DNA of 64,000 nucleotides. It comes from Raillietiella orientalis (taxonomy: Eukaryota). The DNA lies in NCBI GenBank assembly GCA_036172245.1, contig JAYWIR010000040.1:1860001-1924000 (forward strand). The letters run 5' to 3'. The notes beneath the pieces were generated by a model. That model was not told the DNA's origin. It saw only the letters and a program-made list of their open reading frames with translations, and searched no databases. How positions within the stretch are numbered: the first letter of the stretch is position 1; each line of letters opens with the position of its first letter. The translations under genes were made by a program, and so were the position numbers. Positions 25,560-39,300 of this stretch are shown here, piece by piece.

Positions 25560-27380
25560 CAGTAGACAACAGGACAAATGGAAGGTGAGTTGCGAAATCA
25601 GTCAGAAGAACAGGGCCACCCGAAAGGGACGGCAGTTTTGCAGCCTTTTGCAGGGCGCAGGAGGTCTCAAGGTTTTCCTCGTATTGGAGGGCTGTTTGAA
25701 TGACGTCCTCCCTCCAATACGGGCGGGCGGGGTGTGGCTGCCGCCGGTCCTTAGAAGGAGCCTCCCTCTGCACCACTCCTCTGCGATCTCGTTGGTTGCC
25801 ATTTGGTCTCCTTGGAAGGTCAGTGTCGGCCCTCCGAAAGGAATCGTGAAAATGATCCAGAAGATCCGGAGGAAACGGCTGCTCTTCCTGAGATAGTGCG
25901 GAACACGTTCGTGGCCGCTCTCCTCCGCCCCTGCATTTTGTTTGCTCCTACTGCAAGTGATGGAGAACTGCGAACCGAGGACCTCCTGACGAAGACCCTT
26001 TGGAGCACATATCGGTCCCGTGTTTGCTTAAAAGACTTATGTGCTCTGTTCTGGGACGGAGGACTTGGCTTTCGGACACTGGAACGCATGAGTGTCAGCT
26101 CGAATTCTGAAGATTGGCCCTGAGGGCCGAGTATCGAGGGACACGCCAGTGCATTCCTTCACACCTCCTCGCCAAGGAGCAGCCGGCTTGGAGATCCTTA
26201 CGTCTTCCTTCCTCTCTCGCCATCGGAGCCTGCCCCGAGCTTCGGCAAATGACAGCCTTGGCGCCGGACCACGCCTGGATCTCCTGCTTGTCCACGAACT
26301 GCGGCTTCCTGGAAATGGGAAGCAATTCAGACGTGGGCGCAAATCAACGGCAAAGCCCGGAGCAACCGCCTGCGATACTCCAATTATGCGTGGAGCTCGC
26401 TGCAGATCATCGAAAGCCCCAGGAAGAACACGTGGGCGGACGGAACCCCATTTGCAGCAGCACGGCCCTTTCTTCGGGGCATCAGCAACGGTGACTAATC
26501 GGTACGTTGGCAAGGAGGTGCCCTGCAAAGTCGCAGTAAGGGGAAAAAAATTGTTGGGATGCTGGACGGCGGATCAAATGGCTGGCTCACCCACCCCCGA
26601 AGTCCACCTCAAAGGAATTCTCCTCTAGACACGCGCATCTCTTCCAAATTTTTTTTAGAGGGAGTCGAGATCCTCGCAGGGTTTTTTTTTGACGGCTTTG
26701 CGCTTAACTGGCAGTGTCAGGACTCGGAGATGCGACTGTCGCACTTGGCCGTCCCGAGCAACGCATGCCTTCACCACTGGACCCGGGGGAGTACGGCCCC
26801 GGACTGTGCCCGGTGCGGTGAAATGAAAACCTTCCCGCATATGCTAAAACTGAGTGTGCTGCTGCCCCCCGGAGCGCACGGGAACGTTTTGCTATGGCCC
26901 TGCAATTCCCGAGGGACAACCAGAAAGTCGTGTTGGGACGCGTGGCTTCAAGCGTGGGGCAACGTCGCTCAGGAGACGCTGGCAACTTTGTGCTGCCTCT
27001 GGCGGAGCCGTGGCGGAGAGATGCTACATCAAAAGAGGCCACACGAACAGGGACACTGTCCCCATCGTCGTCTACTTCCTGAGGATCACAACGAGATACA
27101 CAAGAAAAAGCTTGCCTGCATCCTGGACAGGATGCCAAGGGCTCCAGAGAGGTCATCGCAATCCTTTCCCTCACCCCCAAACTTTTAAAAACAATTTTCT
27201 TTGTTTATTTTTCCTTTTGTTTACTCGTCACCCTTTATTTTTCCTGTGAGGACTTCCGTCGGCAAGCTGGTCGCGAACAGCAATCGCATCCGGGAATCTT
27301 GCCGACGTAGCGGGTAATGCACCCCGAGTTGACCAGCTTATTTGCAAAGATGCATTTTTGTTTCTTTTTTTTCCAATAAA
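25560..27380 (+). mobile_element. Degenerate L1/Tx1-like LINE, 3' part of ORF2 plus 3' UTR
   Basis: Collinear decayed motifs across frames: RATRKGRQFCSLL..FLVLEG (RGVRQGCPLSPLLF.LVLEP), IVRNTFVAALL, RVSRDT..PPRQGAAGL (RV.R..L.LP...GGLGL), and RLSHLAVPSNACLHHW..PDCARCGEMKTFPHML (zinc knuckle). Followed by a T-rich tract and AATAAA at about 27375. Confidence 0.65.
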
Positions 27381-27559
27381 CGTTCTGGAGTGACCGGGAG
27401 AAGGCCATCTGTTAGATGGGAATTCGCAATGCTCTGGTCAGCCTAGTGCCAGGTCTCCCCTGCGCAAAGAGAGACTGCTGCTTCTCCTTCTGGACTTCTC
27501 CATGTCTCTACATCCTCTTCTACCCCTCTCCTTCTTCCCACGATCGGTCTCCCACTCCG

Positions 27560-29100
27560 GAGAACAGAAGGACGGGAGGCAGCGGTCCTCCTGTGTCACA
27601 CGCGCTCCTTTTGTGGGCCGCGACACGCCTCCAGGCAACATCCGAAGGCCAACTCGGGGTGCATTAGGGCATGCGGACAGGGGGAGTCTCCCAGGGTTCG
27701 CCAGCAAAAGACTCATACGCCGGACATCCACACTGCTCTTCAGACGCCCGGCGCAAGCGCAACTCGGCTCAGAGCCCGCAGGAATGGTGGGAGACCCGCA
27801 TGGGAAGCCCAGCATGGCAGTCAGTGTCGCCTGAGGTCCTCCCATCCCCTCTCGTCGATGGACGCCGTCTGTTCTCTCACCACAGCAGATCCTAGCTACG
27901 TGGTGGGTGATTCCCACATCCTCGAAGGTGAGGGTGGAACCTCAGGCTTCCCTCGGGGGCTGAAAATCAAGCGCAAGCACATGTGCTTAGAACACTCGTG
28001 ATGAGGGTTACGGGAAGACGTGTGATTGGGGTTTGTTTCCTGTGAAATGATGCGATGAAAGTGCTCAGCCTTCGTGCACGGCGACGCTGGTGCACGTGGA
28101 TGGGAATCTGGAATTGGGCACTCCTGCTACATCCTGAGCGCTGACCTTAGGCAGAGAATCCTCAAGACGACCCCCCCTTCTTGGGTTTCCTATTTGCATC
28201 CGGTTCGTTGTACGTTGGATTTCGGCAACGGGGGGCCTTTCTGAACCTAGCCCACCGACTCCCCACGCGCTTCTGCTTCCCTGTCGAAGGAGAGTTCTTG
28301 GCGGTCGCACGATGGCGCGCCGGAAGGCGGTTCCGTCTCGCAGTGGCGCGCATCGGTGATCGGTCTCTCCAGAGAATGCGTGCCACGAACTCTGGAACAG
28401 GCACACTCCAGCCCGCCGGCGCGGATCCTGCTTCCGAGTAGGGTGCCCTGCCACGGGAGGCCCTTGCTGTGGAAAAGCCTTCGTCACGGGAAACGCCTAC
28501 AGCATCTCCGCGGTTTCCTGCACTCCGGTGGCGTGGCGCTCGAACACGCGCGTTCGTTCTGTCATCGCCTTCGAGGTTTCCGCCCAGACCGCGAGACGCC
28601 ACTGCTGTTGGTCCTGCACGATTCGATCAGAGGCACAGGGTCCTTCGGAGCGAGAGCCTGCCTGAGGACCTCCTCTTCTCTTGTGGGTACCCGGAGCTAC
28701 TTGCCCTCGCGTCAAAGGGGTCGCGGTGCACTCCTTGGCCCCTCGCCTGCCGGGTGAATGCCATCCCTGTCCTGCATGGCGATCCGAAAGCAGATTGCGC
28801 AGCACGAGGTCACCAACGGCGCAGGTCTTCGACGTTTCCTGAGCTTCGACGGCCTCGCGCAAGAGGGGTTCCTTGTTCCGCCTCCGACTTCGGGACACCG
28901 CGCAGGGAAGGTCACCGGACAAGCACCTCCGTTGCTTTCCGCAACCTAGTCATTGCGGATCGCGAGATTGCTAGAAGGCAAGCCTGGAAGGCAAGCCGTT
29001 TCCATGCTTGCCCTCGCATCATGTACAAAGCGCGCACGGGAGTTTTGTACGCGGGAGCTACTGAGTAGTGCAAACGAAGGAGGGACCGCTTTAAGCGTGC
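27560..29100 (+). mobile_element. Degenerate Ty3/gypsy RNase H-integrase remnant
   Basis: In order: GFASKRL (AYASK.L), LVDGRRLFSHH (YL.GR.F...TDH), VPRTLEQAHSSP (integrase Zn region), AIPVLHGDPKAD (G.P..LHSDQG), TSGHRAG (T.YHPQ); heavily frameshifted. Confidence 0.45.
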
Positions 29101-30375
29101 CTCCTCTCCAGGCATGCTGCCATCGAAATGCGTTGCTGCAGGGGAGCTCCAATGGCCCAGGACTCCTTTGCACTTTGACACCGCGCGCCCCCACGGATGC
29201 ACCTTTGTAAGGTGCTGGTCCAGGAAGGATGAATTTTCGTGCTACTGTCGTCCTTAAGAAGTCTGCCCAGTCCTTGAGAAGACAAGAAGTGTCAAATTTT
29301 CCCCATCACTCTTCGTTCCCGGACGTGATGTGGTTCTATTTGGTTTCCCTTTTCCCTGTTGCCGGAGTTGTCGGGAGATTCGATAGGCGCCGTGACTGCC
29401 CTTCGCCGCCTCCTTTCCTCGACTTTCCTGCCTTTCCGTTTCTTTCGCTACGCCGACTATGTTCCCTTCTGTTCTCAGTGGGAACCTCCATCCGTAGTCT
29501 AAAGAACAGGAAAAAAAGTTTTTGCTGAGGATACAGGAGGAAAAGAGCGTGCGGATGCATCTTCAAGCAAAGCGCGTGAGCTTCCGAACCCCGCCGTGAT
29601 CCGCCGTGGAGATTTGGCTTGCGCAGGAGCCACTGATGGCTGATTGCCTTTCGTGAAGGGAGCGAGGCTGTTTCCTGGACATCCCACCCCCCTCGTGTGC
29701 AAGCAAGTGCGCTGTCCAGCGACGGGAGTCTACTGGCTGGGCGCGCCCTTCCACCTGCCCCCTCCTCATCGTGTGGGGACGGTGGTGGTCTTCTCCGCTG
29801 GAGCATTCTGTGTGGTAGCCGGTGCTGAAGGTCGCGAGAGATGGCGCGCTTCATAGGCGCCAGCAAGGTTGTTGGCCACGAAATGATCGATCGATCCGTG
29901 CGCTTAGCAACGACTAGACCGCGAGCAACGCCGAAGTTTTTGGTCTTTCCTCCATAATTGCGAGCCGGGCTGCAGATCGGGGACGGAAAAGAGCATTCCA
30001 TAGGCACTCTGTAGGGGCGAGGGCTTCTTCCTTAGAGATCTGGGTCGCAGGATCCGGCGGGACGCAACTCTGGTTTCCATGGAGACGCACGATGCTTACC
30101 GCGAGCCCGCTCCGGTGCGTTTTCGCTGAAGACTCGCCGAACGAAGACGGGGTCCTTCTGCGCGCCCTTCGCCGGAAGTTCTGGTGCTCCCCCTTCTCCT
30201 CCTTCGTGGTCATGAAGGAAAAATGGAACGCGCCCGCTCCGCTCGATGAAGCTGGCGCCCCGCGCCCGAGTGCCAGTCGGCACCGCGAGGAGCGCCTTCC
30301 TTTTATTGTGTCCGTCTCAGACCGTGCTCAGGGGCGCTGCCGCGGACGGAAGGCCGGGCCAGGGGCGGAGACTCG

Positions 30376-33300
30376 CTACCCCCACTGGAATATCCCCTTG
30401 CGCTGGCACAAGCAGTTGGTGCCGAACAGGTTGCAGCGGCAGAACAGGTTCGGGCAGCAGCGATCAGGCCTGTGGTCGCATCTTCTCTCCTGCTTGATGC
30501 AGAACTGCCTGTAAAGGAAGATCGACCGCGTTAGAGGGCAGCAGCAGTAGCGCCGCCGCAGTTGCGAGCAGCCGAGGGGGAGGAAGGGGCCGAAGTCTTG
30601 CAACGGGGGAAACAGGGATTTTCTGTTCCTTTTCACGTCTTTCTCTCCCCTCCCTTCCTCTCATTCCCATGGCCTGCAAAACGCATCCCCCTTCCCCCCT
30701 TCCTCGCCCGCGAGCTCTCCTGCGCAGGGGCTCCTGGGCACCAACAGGGGGCAAGCTCTTCGGCAGGCGGCGTTCGGAACTGCGGGATTTGATGGCTCTG
30801 CCCCTGCTTGGGCGGAAGTTGAATCGCGGAAGATCTCGATCGATCGATAGCGCTCCGGAGAGAGGAGGATCAGGGAGCAGAGAGAAAGATGGCGCCTTCG
30901 GCAAATCAGTAGATGTTTGATGAGACTTTCAGGAGGCAATCAGGCAGAGAGGCGACCGTGGAAAGAGAAGCGGCCCTGATCGAAGAGCGGAGTGATCGAG
31001 CGTCCCGCGGATTCCGGAGGAGAAGTACTTTCCAGGTCGCTTATATCCGCGCGTGAGAGTCCGACCAGTGGAACTCTCTTCACGTGTTGCATGCAGTGCG
31101 GATCGATCCCCTCGGTCCGCCTGCTCCTCGCATCTTCCACGCAGCCTCCCGCGAGAGCGGCCTCCGCATCTCGCAAGGGTACTGCTGCCACTGGCTTTGC
31201 CTCTCCATCCTCCCGGCAGGAGGCACGCACTCGCACTCGGAAGCGCGACTTTTCGACGTTCAAAGATCTCGCGGAGGATGGGCGGCTGAGTGCACAAAGT
31301 AGTCAAGGAGCCCTGGAAGCGTTCAGGGCCTCCCTCTTTTACCGAGGATCTTTTTCGACTTCATCTGACCTCGAAAAGGGATACCACTGCAGGATACGGT
31401 CTCGATTCTTCCGGTTGGCGGAAGCACACTGCGCTCCTCTTCCTCTAAAAAACTCTGCCTCTGGAGAACGGCTAAGAGTAGCCTCAGAGTGAATCTGGCG
31501 GGAATGACCCCGGGGATTTGCGAATTGTGGATGATTTGTGGATGATTCATAGTCCACCGCATCGGCAGCTCGGCTGGGGCTTCGAGCTCACCGCCTCGAG
31601 TCGAGGTGCTTCCAGCGCGAACGGGAGGGAGGAAGGACGGCGGCGCTCCAGGTGAGGGTTGCCCTCTCAGCCCCCGCAGAGCGGCGGAGAGCTGCTATGG
31701 AGGGGGCAACACATCAAGTCAAACCATTCCCTGTGGCCCTCTGCTGATCCTAGGAATCGAATCAAGCAAAAGTCGGGATGCCCTCGCTTCCCATCGTGGC
31801 TCCTCGACGTACATTTCCAGAGAAGGAGCCGGAAAACCTTAGCAACGTAGCCCATGATTCTTGGGAAGGGAGGAAGGGAGGGGAGATTCCCGGTGAGGTT
31901 CGGTCGAGTGATGGAGCCGAGGGTTCCCAAGATGTGACGATCATCTAGCAACATGAACTGCCAAAACAACCACGGTTTCAGCTCGCTCCATTCAGGAAAC
32001 GACGGATTCAGGACCTAGAGGAGCAGCATCCACTGATTACAGCAAATGATCCCTTCCGCTGCGCCGATTTCAAGATCAGTTATTCAGTTTTCGATTCAGC
32101 CACGGAGAAATGCGGCTTCTAACATGTCAACAGGTTTCCAAGGGACCAGTAATCTTTGCTCCATTATCGTCCCTAAGCTTCATTAAAATGTTCCCGGAAG
32201 CTTCCGAATGAATGCGCCCGCCGAGGAGAGTCACCTCTTTGGTACGAAACAATGATCTCTGTTAATGGAGGTTCTGCCGGATGCAAACTGATCCGCCCAG
32301 CAAAAATGGCCGTCGCGAACGCGCATCAGCTTCGTTCCCGGAGAGCTCGCTCCAGGATCTTACTTACGAAACCGGGTGTGCTCGCTCATCGCCTCCAGCC
32401 TCCAGCACATGCGTGCTGCTGCACACTTGCCAGCATCATCGCTGCTTCAAATAAGCACACAAAAAATCGGTCTACAAATGAAAAAGCGCAGCATTCGAGA
32501 GCCAGAAGATGCTGGAAAACCCTGAACAACTGGAGCTAGGGGGATCCATAGATCAGATGATGCTGTAAAAAAAGAAAAGAAAAGAAAAGGACTGATGAAG
32601 GATGCAATAAAAATTGTCGTGAAAAAAAAAAGAAAAAGAAAAAAGGGAGGCACGAAGAGATGAGAGACGAGGATGCATGCAAATCGAGCAGCATGAACCG
32701 TGATGAAACATCCAGGTTGTTTCTGGAGAAGTTCCAGGAGCGCAGCGCCTGAAGAGATGGAAAACAAACTAAGAGAGCAAACCTGACAACAGACGTTGCA
32801 CCGTGGAGGATGCTGAAACAAACAACTGCCGTCTGGCAACTGCTCATCGCGTTTCTCCACACGGGGTCCCCCACTCGAGTGAGACGACCCGCGTTGCAGG
32901 ACCCACGAGAGGCTTCAGCGCCTCGCACATGCAACCAACTCAGAGCATCTCTCTGCATGCAGAGGTAGCCACGAGCAGAGCACTTTGAAACACCCGTCAA
33001 AAGGGGGTCTCAGCTCAACGGATTCGTAAAAAGGGGGTACACCCAGCGGATACTCGACCTCTCCTCCTCCTCCGGCAAAATAGCCTGTCACCAAAATGGG
33101 AACGAGATGTGGGCATTGATTCCGGGTCAAAAGGAGTCCCGATAGGATAGGTAAACAGTAATGCTGTCTATAATATATCTGCTTATGTCAATGCTACTGA
33201 TGACGATCCCATCAAACAGGAAGGGAAAACTTATTTCGATTTCCTGTCCGAGTTATCAGGAGCCGCAGTGGTCCCTTGGACAGGACTTCTGATCACTTAG

Positions 33301-36300
33301 AAACTTGCCGTGATCTTAGTCCCCACCCTGACAAGCAACAGAGAAACCCGTGGGAGGGCAATTCCTTGCACAGTCTCTGAGCACGTGATTCCAAGGACGA
33401 GCGCAAGACCCGAGTCACGTTTGCTTGGGTTCCCTCGTTTCCAAGCCCTTTAGGAGAAAACGAGCCAGTTCCGTTCAAGATGGACTGCTTGTCTCCCCAG
33501 AGAACAGCTGGCTTCTAGTTGTGCAGCCACGCGCACGCCTTACTTCCTGGTGCACGTAGGTTTCCATGAGATATCAGGTGAGCTGCCCCTCTGCCGAAGC
33601 CGCGGCCGCTTTCAACCGAGATGTCCAGTGTCTGGTGAAGCTAAAGTTTCATCTAGACCCTTGTGCCTTCCTCTCCATCTTTTGAAAAGATCCTTCCACG
33701 CAATGAACAACTTGTTCAATTGGAATCGACGAAGGAAGCGTGCTGCTAATGTCATTGCGCGCCTCATTCCGTCCTTTAGATTTAAAATTTAATTTTGAAA
33801 TTTTATCCAGAAAATCCAAACTGCAACCTCTCCCTTGGCTTGATGCCCATCTTTTTTCCACCTCTCCTCTATGCGCATGCCTTCACTTCTCGAAGACGGT
33901 TCCATGAGAAGACGGGTTCCTCTCCACCATTTCCCAGCCATCCACTTTCCCTTGAATACTTTCTCCCTCAGCGACACTTCTTCCTCAACGGTTCTTTGTC
34001 CGTGTCACCTTTCTGAACATCCCAAAGCTCAGAGTGAATTCCTGATCTGTGGCAGGCGGTTTCCGTATCCTGCCTCGAGTTCTCCTGCTAAGGAGGCGTC
34101 TTCCAATCCGCTCTCGTCGACCGACTGTTTTGTGGGTCCCTTCGAAGATTGTGACTAACGACCTCTGAGTCCGCCGACTGCAGTCCATCTTCGAGCAAGG
34201 GTTTCCCTCTGCGGCTTTTTGGTAAGGAGCCTCGGAGCGGAAATTCCAGTCCAAGAGTCATGGACACTCAGAGCGTCTTCCTGGAACCACTACGAATTTC
34301 CAATTTTCCATGTATCCCTTGTTTCGAGAGGATCCCAACGTTCGGCCCCCGACGAATTCGGCAACCGAACCAGGAGGTTCTCATCTTCGAGATGAATAGG
34401 TCCGAGGGTGCCCGAGCTGCTGCCACCTTTCCAGATGTCTTCTTGTCGGATCTGAGGAATTCCCTTCTAGAATTTTCTGGAAAGAAAAAAACCCGATGAG
34501 GTCCGCGGAGGCCCGTAGGAGAAGAAGTGCGGCCAACAATTTGTTTTGTTGCAGGATGACAGTCCGAATCTGGACCAAACCGAACAGACAACCAGGAGTT
34601 CAGTGACGCTTCTTTAGACGGTCTCTTCTTTTCTTCATCACGAAGGCATGATCTCTACAACGCTTTCTTTTAGCTTTGGCATTCATAAGGAGGTGAACCA
34701 AAGTGTTTGCAGCAGCCATTTTCTGAGAGCATGCGCCTAGCTAAAATCTGGGCACTGCAAGAATTCCTTCTGTGCAGCCGTCTTGAAATGCATGGGGACG
34801 ATGGTCCGGGGGCAAAGCGACGAAGAGGGAAAGGCCGGACACGGGAAAGGCTTCTGTAGCTCTCTAGCATTTTTCAATGGAGCTGTCTACACTCTCGACG
34901 GAAGAAGAGTGCGGTTGCATGGAGCAGCATCGGTTCCTCCGCTTTATTCTCAAGGCGGAGGCAGGAGTACAAGAAACGACCTTTGGTGAGTTCCCAAATC
35001 GCTACATGTCTTGCGAGATCACGGTTCCCGTGTTCCATCCTTTGGAGGGTGGACTTCTGGAACTGTTTTCCTGCAAGGGGCATCTTTGAGACTCATAGGG
35101 AAGGGATAGGCCATAGAAACTGCTCAATGGAGTGGCAGTGGACGAACTCGCGATGAAGGCCATTTTCTTGGTCATAGCTGACTGGTCGCGGTTTGCGGAC
35201 ATCGATTCCGATAGCTGCATCGGAATGTGCCGGAACTGCAACTCCTGCTAAGGAGGTCGCAGTGTAAACATAATATGAAGCGGGGAAGCGACTCCCGTTG
35301 CAGCAGAAGACTCATTCAGCACTAGAGCCAATCTATGCGCAGCGAGGTGTAGCGACCTGTAAATGATGGACACTTTTCCGTCCGGGATGGGAGTCCGGAA
35401 GATAAACTGTTCATGTCCTGCACCGGGTGGCGCCGTGGAGGGAAGAGGTTCCGCAGTTCTCTTCCCAGCAGGAACCATTTGCGCTTGCAAATTCATGCGT
35501 GCCTTGACATTCTGAGACACGCCTGGGAGGGACCGATGGGAAGTCGGTCCTTCCTCTGGTGCCAGACAGGGGACGACACGCTGCCGCACATCTAAGATCA
35601 CTGCGCACGTTGCCGTCAACTCTACACCGGATCCTCTACGTCAAGCAGGCAGAGCACGGTCATTGGGAGACTATGGTAGACGGCTGAGGGACACCCAGGG
35701 TCGAGTCGTCAATGAGAGTTGACCTCGTTCTAAGGAGAGGCAGCTGAGTCGTCACGTTGGATACGTGCTGTTCCATTCGAATCGACAGCGCCCTGGCAGC
35801 GCTTGAAGAAACGTGCGAAGGAAGCGAGGAAAAACATTGGCAGAGCACCCATTCCCCTTCCCCCTCAGGAACGTGAGGTTCTTTCCACATGATCCTGATA
35901 CGATCATCGAATTCATGGGAACATTCTGGTCTCTTTATGCTCTCTGAAAGAGCCGGAAACATCCGGAAAATGAGCGACAGAGTTCGGCAGGCTGATGAAT
36001 TCATCCATTTGCTGGCTCGACCACGCACCGAACGACTGAGCTCAGACCCACATGGTGGAGTCTCCAGAGGAAGATCAAGAGCAAACTCTATGTCTGCGTA
36101 ACTACGACTCTCAAGGACTCAGGTTTGGAATCCAATAGAGGGAATCTATGGTTACGAGCAAAGGGGTTGCGTGTCGCGGACCAGCCCTTGGCGAATTACA
36201 TTGGAACCGGCTGAGGTGGGAGACGTGGAAAGTCAATTCTTTGCATTCTCTTCTGATGAACGACAACGACACGGATGGAGTCTGAACCTCTTTAGAATTA

Positions 36301-39300
36301 CGAGACTCCTTAGCCGAGGGATACCTTTCTTTCCCGAATGGCCTCGAAGCCTCTTCCGTAAATCCCTGTCTGCAGTCTGGTAGGCCCACGACAAAGCGAG
36401 GACGAAGTCGTCACCCAAAAGGAGGGCTCATGTAACAGGAAGAAGTTTTTCCAGAGTGGCGAGTAAAGTGACTTTCATGCCATCTCCTCGGCAGCATCCC
36501 ACGCGTTTGTGGATGCAGACCGCGTTCGCAGCAAAGAAAGATGCAAGGCACCTCCGTCTTGGCGGAAAGTATTTTTTTCTTTTTTCGAAGTGCTCGCCCT
36601 CTGAAGGTCATCAGACCCAGAGATCCTAGAATTCCCCAACATCAAATTGCCAACATCTGTTTTCAAGAAATGCGCTTGCGGAGAGGATGGGGACTGATCA
36701 TGGCAGCTGGGGCGAGATCAGCAGTCAGGTACCTGTATCGGCGGGAAACCCAGGAAACCGTCGGTAGAAGGTGAGTGGCGATTTTGCTGGAGCCAGTTGA
36801 GCGGCGGCAGCATTCTCTTCCCTCGGTAAGCATCTTTCCCAAGGAGCTCGCGAATACGGATGTGGCCAGGGCAAGCTGGTCTTATGCTATCATGTCTCGA
36901 GAGCAGGGCGCGCTTGCGAGGCAACAGCATTTTCTCTCACCCACACGTGGGGATCACGAGGAACGTCCACTCGGTCTTCGGACGGCTGAGGGCCGGCGTT
37001 CCGGACTCTCCCCCAACCACCCACCTTTTTCTCGTGGATGACCGCGTGGAAAGCCCGCCGAAAATTTCCGGATCTGGACCCCGAAGTCGGGTGCTTTGGG
37101 GCGAGTTTGGAACGGATTTGCAGCACAAGACGACAGCGACGGTTCACAGCGACTCCAGCGCGAGCTATGCAGAAAGTTCGAAGGGGAGGAACGAATCGAT
37201 GGCGTGGTCCTTTCTATTTACCCCTCGCCGAAGCCTCCCAAGAAGGGTTTTTCCTTCTTCTTCTCTACAAATCCTCGATCAGAAGGGTTCCTTCTCAGTA
37301 GATTGCAGCGCGGCGGCTAAGTGCAATATCCCGGTAGGTACGTAAGCCGTCCACCGACGATTTGACAACTGCACGTTCGCCATACTGGATGCTCGACGAC
37401 GCTCCGGATCACGCAGATGCGCGCATCGCGGGCCGAGTCGCCCTGCGCGCTTCCCGGAAGGACGTCAGGTTTCCCCTTGCCGAGGCACGACGGCGGCGGC
37501 GGGACTCGTCCCTGGAGAGCGGAGGAATGTCCCGGCATGCTTAAACTGCCTGCCTGACGCCGGGAGGTGCAAGTGCATCGCTGCTGTCGACTGGGACGGA
37601 TTTTGCCTTGGAGGCGCACGGACATAACCCGGTGGATAGTGGCTTCGCTCCGCTGGCCGCTCGACCAAGAACCTGAGGTTCCTCTCGTACTGAGCATGAT
37701 TTCCACGGCAGCGACCATGCATCAGTAGGATGAAACGAACCTGTCTCGCGAAGTTTTTTTTCCCACCGAAAGCCAAGGAGTGAGGAGGAGCTCCGGGACG
37801 GATTCTCCCGCAAGAACGTTCGGGAAACATGCTAGAATGTTTCGGAAGCGTTCATCGCTCCATCTCGCCGGATCTGATGCAGAGCAAGAGCAGGTGATTC
37901 TGGGTGTGGTCATCCTCAGAAAGGAAGGAGGAAACGTTCCCTTTTTGTTGAGCCCTGAAGGACCAGTGGTGACAGAGGGGAGCATTAGAAGCTTCTGGCC
38001 TGCTGAGCTGCTGCCCGGGATGCTGCTGGTACAAAAGCGGGGTCGACCCGGTCACGCAGCTGGCAGTTTGGTGCGAAAGTTCCTCCTTCTTTCCAGGAAT
38101 CGTTCTCACCGCACGAAAGGGTTCCGAGGAGACGATTCGAGAGTGGCTAGGAGGAGGGGGATAGCTGTCTCGCGTTTCGAGATCCTACTCCTGGAGGCCG
38201 AGGAGATGGGCCCAAGTGGATGCGGAGATCCGGGAGACTGCGGAACGCCTCCTTGCTCGTCTTCTCATACGACTAATCACGTTGAGATACTGTTGGAATC
38301 CTGTATCCTTTTTTTTTGGAGCCGATAGGTGGAGTGCCCACCTCTTGGTGCGCCTGCTGTTTCCCATGACAACGCGTCCTTTCATGCGGGCGAGCCTTGC
38401 CCGAATGCTTGCCACCAGGCGGCCACGGCGCCCTGCTTGTCGAGGATTTCCATGAAATACTGTGAGCCGTCCAACTGACTCTCCCGCAGAATACCGGACG
38501 CTCCATTCCGCTGCCGCCTCTAGGCTCCTGCGCGCAGTGCCACCGAGTGTGTCGATCCATTCCGCCGCAAATAGGAGCGCTGCCTGTTGGCGCTGGACCA
38601 CTAGGGGATGCAAGGGAGGGAAAGCGCTCGACGGCGCTGCCACCGCCAGGTCTCGCGAGGTGACGGCATGCTCCGTGGCAGCCGGGCCTCCGCACTCTGG
38701 AGACCGCTCTCTCAGAATTCGGTCCTACCTCCCTCCACTCAGCCCCTTCCCTCGTCCTACGCTATGGACGCTCTGAGAGGAGTATCTAGGCAGGCTGAGG
38801 AAGAAGAAGAGAAAAGGCGTTTAGCCGCGAGGGTACTCGCTAGAAGTCTTTTCTTGTGCTAAGAGCCCTTGTTCTCAAAGGGAACGATCGGTCGCGCGGG
38901 CCACTCAGGGCCCCGACGGGGAAAGAGAGCTTCTGCGTGCGGCTGTCGAGTCATTCGATGCCGCGTCCTCTTTGCTACCGCAACCCTGTGAGTTTCGTGC
39001 ACTCAACGGCTGGGAAACGCAAGGGGCCTTCATCCCGGACAGACATCGATTGACCCGACAGATTTCAAGCAAGTGGAGGCACTTACGGGTTGTTGTTGGC
39101 CAACTTCATCAACATGTTCAGGTACGTGCTCACGTCATCATCTGCAAACAGAGAGGAATCGTTTTAACCGGTTTGCTGAAGGACAGGAAGAACTGCGGTG
39201 CCACTCAAAAGACCAGTACGGTGGAGCTCATCGGCACAGGCAAGGGATCAGGGGGAGCTGAGGGAACAATAGGTGCTTTCGATTTACCGACTTCTTCCTC

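Noticed and set aside
31515..31535. Match atttgcgaattgtggat to 11321-11337
   Set aside because: A 17-nt near-match that does not extend into the flanks; probably chance.
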